Shown: positions 27,279-30,473 of the stretch, piece by piece | How positions within the stretch are numbered: position 1 is the stretch's first letter | Layout: each line of letters opens with the position of its first letter | DNA from: a virus | Taxonomy: Duplodnaviria > Caudoviricetes | Reading direction: 5' to 3' (one strand) | IMG/VR virus record: IMGVR_UViG_3300012942_000105 | Location: 1 to 30,473 of that record | Length of the DNA stretch: 30,473 bases | The notes under the pieces: generated by a model | Database searches by the model: none | Told to the model about the DNA's origin: nothing | Seen by the model: the letters and a program-made list of their open reading frames with translations, nothing else | Made by a program: the position numbers and the translations under genes

Positions 27279-28679
27279 ATGAAGATTACACTTATGGATA
27301 TCATGGAGTCGCTGAATAGCGATAACGTGGAAGATGCCCAGGCTGCTCTACATGAGTGGTTTGTTGATCAGGGTAAGGCAGTTCAATCGAGGCTAAGTGG
27401 TCAGGCTGTTGATGAAGAAACCATCAATGAATCCTCTGACACGTTGGTTCTACTTAGAGATCCAAATGATGGTTATGATGAGGTTTGGGCCTTCCAATCT
27501 AAGGATGATGCTCAGAAGTTCATCGAGCGAAACCGGAATTACTATGAAGGTTCCCGCTATGATATGGTAGCTGGTGATCTGGCTCGCATCATTACACCTG
27601 AGGAGATGGGTAAATTCAGCCCTCCACAACATGCCGCACCAGCTGGTATCATGGACGAAGTCGGATCAAATGATTACGATGACGAAGATGAGTATGGTGA
27701 CGAGTATGGCGCCGAGGATGATTATGATGAGGCATTTGATCAGTGGCTCAACGCCAACAGAGACAAATATGCCGTTGAAACACCTGACCTATCCTGGGGC
27801 TCAAATGAAGACGACGAGGATGATGTCGAAGAGGCAATCGACGAAGCAGCTGGTCAGGGCGGTTTCTATGTCTGGAATGAAGTGTCAAATGCTGCCCAGA
27901 CTTTCACTGGCCCATTTGAATCTGAGGAAGAAGCCCAAGCAAACGCGGCTCAGGTAAATGGCAAGGTTCTTCCTGCTTCTGAACTGACTCCTGATGAGCA
28001 GAAGGTTCTTGCCCAGTATGAGTCATATCAGTGGAAGGATGCCAACGGCACCATTGAAGTTGACCTTGGTGACCAGGAAGAGCTCGCAGATGTCTGTAAG
28101 CTAATCGGTATTGATGGTGTTCCGACCGGCCCTACCGATGATATGGATGATGAGGCCATTGACGCCGCCCAAGATGCGGTTGACGAATGGCAAGATAATG
28201 GTGGTTATGAAGCTACCATTAATGCGGTTCAAGCTAAGCTACCCCACATGAGGCTCGGCGCGGTTGATGATGCCGATAGAGCTACTTCCGCTGTTTCTGA
28301 AGCTGATATCATCGCAGAACTCAATGAAGCATTCGCTGGCCTAGAGAAGGTTAGTGATAAGCTTCAGAATGTTGAAGGCGCAGCGGTCGGTGAGGATGGT
28401 AAGCTGCCCGTCAACACCAAGGATACGGTTCCTCATCACAAGGCAAAGGATCGTCAGGGTGGTGAACCCGTGGAGATCAAATCGGATGATCACAAGGGTT
28501 TCGATCTAGAGAAGTCTCCAACGGTCAAGGATGCTCCAGTCAAGCATCACGTTCAGAATTCCAAAGACGACCCCAAGAAGGTCGGCAAGGAGAAGGCTGC
28601 TCTACTCAATAAGGTAGATGGCACAATCAACACCCAGTCGCCAATCAGCGGCAAGGGCGCAAAGGGTCTCAAGAAGTAA
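27279..28679 (+). CDS. Acidic prohead core/scaffold-like protein, paralog 1
   Basis: AAGGAG RBS; very D/E-rich; lies between portal and protease; shares LHEWFV and GGE.VEI.S.DH.GFD motifs with the next gene. Confidence 0.65.
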   Translation: MKITLMDIMESLNSDNVEDAQAALHEWFVDQGKAVQSRLSGQAVDEETINESSDTLVLLRDPNDGYDEVWAFQSKDDAQKFIERNRNYYEGSRYDMVAGDLARIITPEEMGKFSPPQHAAPAGIMDEVGSNDYDDEDEYGDEYGAEDDYDEAFDQWLNANRDKYAVETPDLSWGSNEDDEDDVEEAIDEAAGQGGFYVWNEVSNAAQTFTGPFESEEEAQANAAQVNGKVLPASELTPDEQKVLAQYESYQWKDANGTIEVDLGDQEELADVCKLIGIDGVPTGPTDDMDDEAIDAAQDAVDEWQDNGGYEATINAVQAKLPHMRLGAVDDADRATSAVSEADIIAELNEAFAGLEKVSDKLQNVEGAAVGEDGKLPVNTKDTVPHHKAKDRQGGEPVEIKSDDHKGFDLEKSPTVKDAPVKHHVQNSKDDPKKVGKEKAALLNKVDGTINTQSPISGKGAKGLKK

Positions 28680-28690
28680 GAGACCAAACC

Positions 28691-28721
28691 GGGTGGGGAG
28701 AGCGATTCTCCCCACCCTTTT
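28691..28721 (+). terminator. Rho-independent terminator
   Basis: GGGTGGGGAGA-gcgat-TCTCCCCACCC-TTTT just after the stop at 28679. Confidence 0.85.
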
Positions 28722-28793
28722 CGCATTTGACGCCGTTTGACTTCAAAATCGCACCTTTTGACCCGTTTCTGACTATCAAGAAGAACTTCTGGT

Positions 28794-28799
28794 TAAATA
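28794..28799 (+). promoter_or_regulatory. Late promoter (TAAATA)
   Basis: Downstream of the terminator, upstream of paralog 2 and the protease. Confidence 0.65.
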
Positions 28800-28848
28800 C
28801 AGCGTGAACCGAGCCCGGCGACGTTCAATGAAACAAGGAGAGCAACCT

Positions 28849-29844
28849 ATGAAGACGGTAGACCTGAGTAAGGTTCTCGAGATGCTCGTCAATGAAGAGC
28901 ACGACGAGGCTACTGGCCTTCTGCATGAATGGTTTGTGGAGACCTCAAAGAAGGTTCTCGAAGACCAAATGGCAGAGGACAATTCGCTTTCCCAGGACAT
29001 CGAGGATGACCAGGAAGCAATTAAGTCCGAGGAGTTCTACAGCGAAGCTGATGGCGACGATGAAGTCGAAGCTGATGCCGATGAGGTAGCAACGGACGAT
29101 GTTGATGGTGATGACGGTGATGTTGATCTTGAGCCAGGTGCTGAGATTGAGTCCCCAGAGGAAGTCGGTGCTGAAGCAGCACTAGGCGACACCATTGAAG
29201 ACCTAGAGGCAGTGATGACACGTCTCAAGGCAGAATTCGCAGAGATCACTGGCGCTGGTGCTGACGAAGAATCAGTTGATATGGATGGCGAGGTCGACGG
29301 CGACGTTGATGAGCCAGTCGACATGGATGCCGGTGATGAGATGGCAGACGAGAGTCTTGCTTTTGAATCGGCTGATGACGATGGCGAGGATGTGGATGCT
29401 GACGCAGACGCGGATGATGCCGAGGAAGTCACTGAATCCGAAGACGACTTTGCTGATCTCGAAGAGAGCTGGAACCTAGAACCAGTCAAGGCAACCGATA
29501 TGGTCGATGGTAAGGAGATTGGCGCTGACGGCAAGAAGTTTGCCGGCAATGACAAGAGCCCACTACCTGAGCACGATGCAGATGCCCGTGTTGGTGGTGA
29601 AGCTGTTGAGATCCACTCCGAAGACCACAGCGGCTTCGATCGTGAAGCCGCACCTGAGGTTAAGGCAAAGCCACTCCTGAAGAACCAGGTTAAGAAGAGC
29701 ACTGATGGCCGCTCCAAGGTCAGCAAGGAAGGCGACAAGTCGGCCAAGCTGAACTCGAAGGATGGTTTCGGCTCGGATAGCCCAAAGAGCCCAATCGGCG
29801 GCGGCGCTGCTGACCTCCGTGGCTCTGACTTCAAGAGGAAGTAA
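28849..29844 (+). CDS. Acidic prohead core/scaffold-like protein, paralog 2
   Basis: AAGGAG RBS; D/E-rich; directly upstream of the prohead protease, where T4 has gp67/gp68. Confidence 0.7.
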   Translation: MKTVDLSKVLEMLVNEEHDEATGLLHEWFVETSKKVLEDQMAEDNSLSQDIEDDQEAIKSEEFYSEADGDDEVEADADEVATDDVDGDDGDVDLEPGAEIESPEEVGAEAALGDTIEDLEAVMTRLKAEFAEITGAGADEESVDMDGEVDGDVDEPVDMDAGDEMADESLAFESADDDGEDVDADADADDAEEVTESEDDFADLEESWNLEPVKATDMVDGKEIGADGKKFAGNDKSPLPEHDADARVGGEAVEIHSEDHSGFDREAAPEVKAKPLLKNQVKKSTDGRSKVSKEGDKSAKLNSKDGFGSDSPKSPIGGGAADLRGSDFKRK

Positions 29845-29846
29845 TC

Positions 29847-30473
29847 ATGGCATTGATTCTCACCGAGAGGATGAACTTCGACGAGGCCAAGTGCGTCGTT
29901 GAAGCCGGGGGCGAACAGGGCCCAGATGGAAAGGCAAAAGACCTTTTCATGAGGGGCATCTTCGTTCAGGGTGGAGTCAAGAATCATAACCAGCGCGTCT
30001 ACCCAGTCAACGAGATTCGTATGGCGGTAGAAAGCATCAATGAAACTCTGCGTAGGGGTGAAAGCGTTCTTGGTGAAGCTGACCATCCAGAAGAGCTGAA
30101 CATTAACATCGACCGTGTGTCTCACATGATCACCGAGATGTATATGGATGGCCCAAATGGTATGGGCAAGCTCAAGATCCTACCTACCCCAATGGGTAAC
30201 ATTGTTAAGACCCTTCTGGAGAACGGTGTGAAGCTTGGTGTTTCATCCCGTGGTTCTGGTAACGTAAATGAAAGCGGTGAGGTTTCGGATTTCGAGATCG
30301 TAACCGTCGACATCGTTGCCCGACCAAGCGCTCCAGAGGCTTACCCAAAAGCAGTCTACGAGGCACTTAACATGCGCCGTCGTGGAGCAGTCATTGAAGA
30401 CCTGGCACATGCCGTGAAGCATGATCCGAAGGCGCAGGGGCATCTCGCAAAAGAGCTCCTGAACTGGATCCAC
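29847..30473 (+). CDS. gp21: Prohead core protease, T4 gp21-like (runs off the window; absent from ORF track)
   Basis: Manual translation: MALILTE...GIFVQGGVKNHNQRVYP...LGEADHP...RVSH...LPTPMG...KLGVSSRGSG...DIVARPSAPEAYP. Confidence 0.93.
   Translation, partial: MALILTERMNFDEAKCVVEAGGEQGPDGKAKDLFMRGIFVQGGVKNHNQRVYPVNEIRMAVESINETLRRGESVLGEADHPEELNINIDRVSHMITEMYMDGPNGMGKLKILPTPMGNIVKTLLENGVKLGVSSRGSGNVNESGEVSDFEIVTVDIVARPSAPEAYPKAVYEALNMRRRGAVIEDLAHAVKHDPKAQGHLAKELLNWIH

Noticed and set aside
29037-30125. 362-aa Ser-rich minus-strand ORF
   Set aside because: Antisense shadow of the GAN-rich acidic gene and the protease.
1-30473. Stop-codon reassignment
   Set aside because: Conserved genes are full length in code 11, and TAA, TAG and TGA all end genes.

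Overview
A 30.5-kb segment of a large T4-superfamily-like (probably jumbo) myophage genome, read in the standard genetic code. It contains baseplate and tail genes (gp6-, gp25-, gp5-, gp53-, gp48/54- and gp26/51-like, plus a tape-measure-like gene) and head genes (portal, two paralogous acidic core/scaffold proteins, prohead protease). Interleaved with these are a gp55-like late sigma factor, the gp47/gp46 Mre11/Rad50 pair, a Holliday-junction resolvase, an HNH endonuclease, RNase H, a DEDDh exonuclease, a nucleotidyltransferase and an RlmN-like radical SAM enzyme. Late promoters are TAAATA boxes. Several TTGAC-N16-(GC)TA promoters hint at an alphaproteobacterial host (inference). The most unusual locus is 18125-20791: a 274-aa protein resembling the WED/REC half of TnpB with no RuvC domain, then about 1 kb of non-coding DNA holding a predicted ~560-nt highly structured RNA with its own late promoter, a repeat-rich origin-like tract, and an RNase H gene. 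Other highlights are a candidate -1 frameshift fusing the gp26-like and gp51-like ORFs, and an RlmN-like enzyme lacking its resolving cysteine. All calls come from reading motifs by eye; no searches or folding programs were run.
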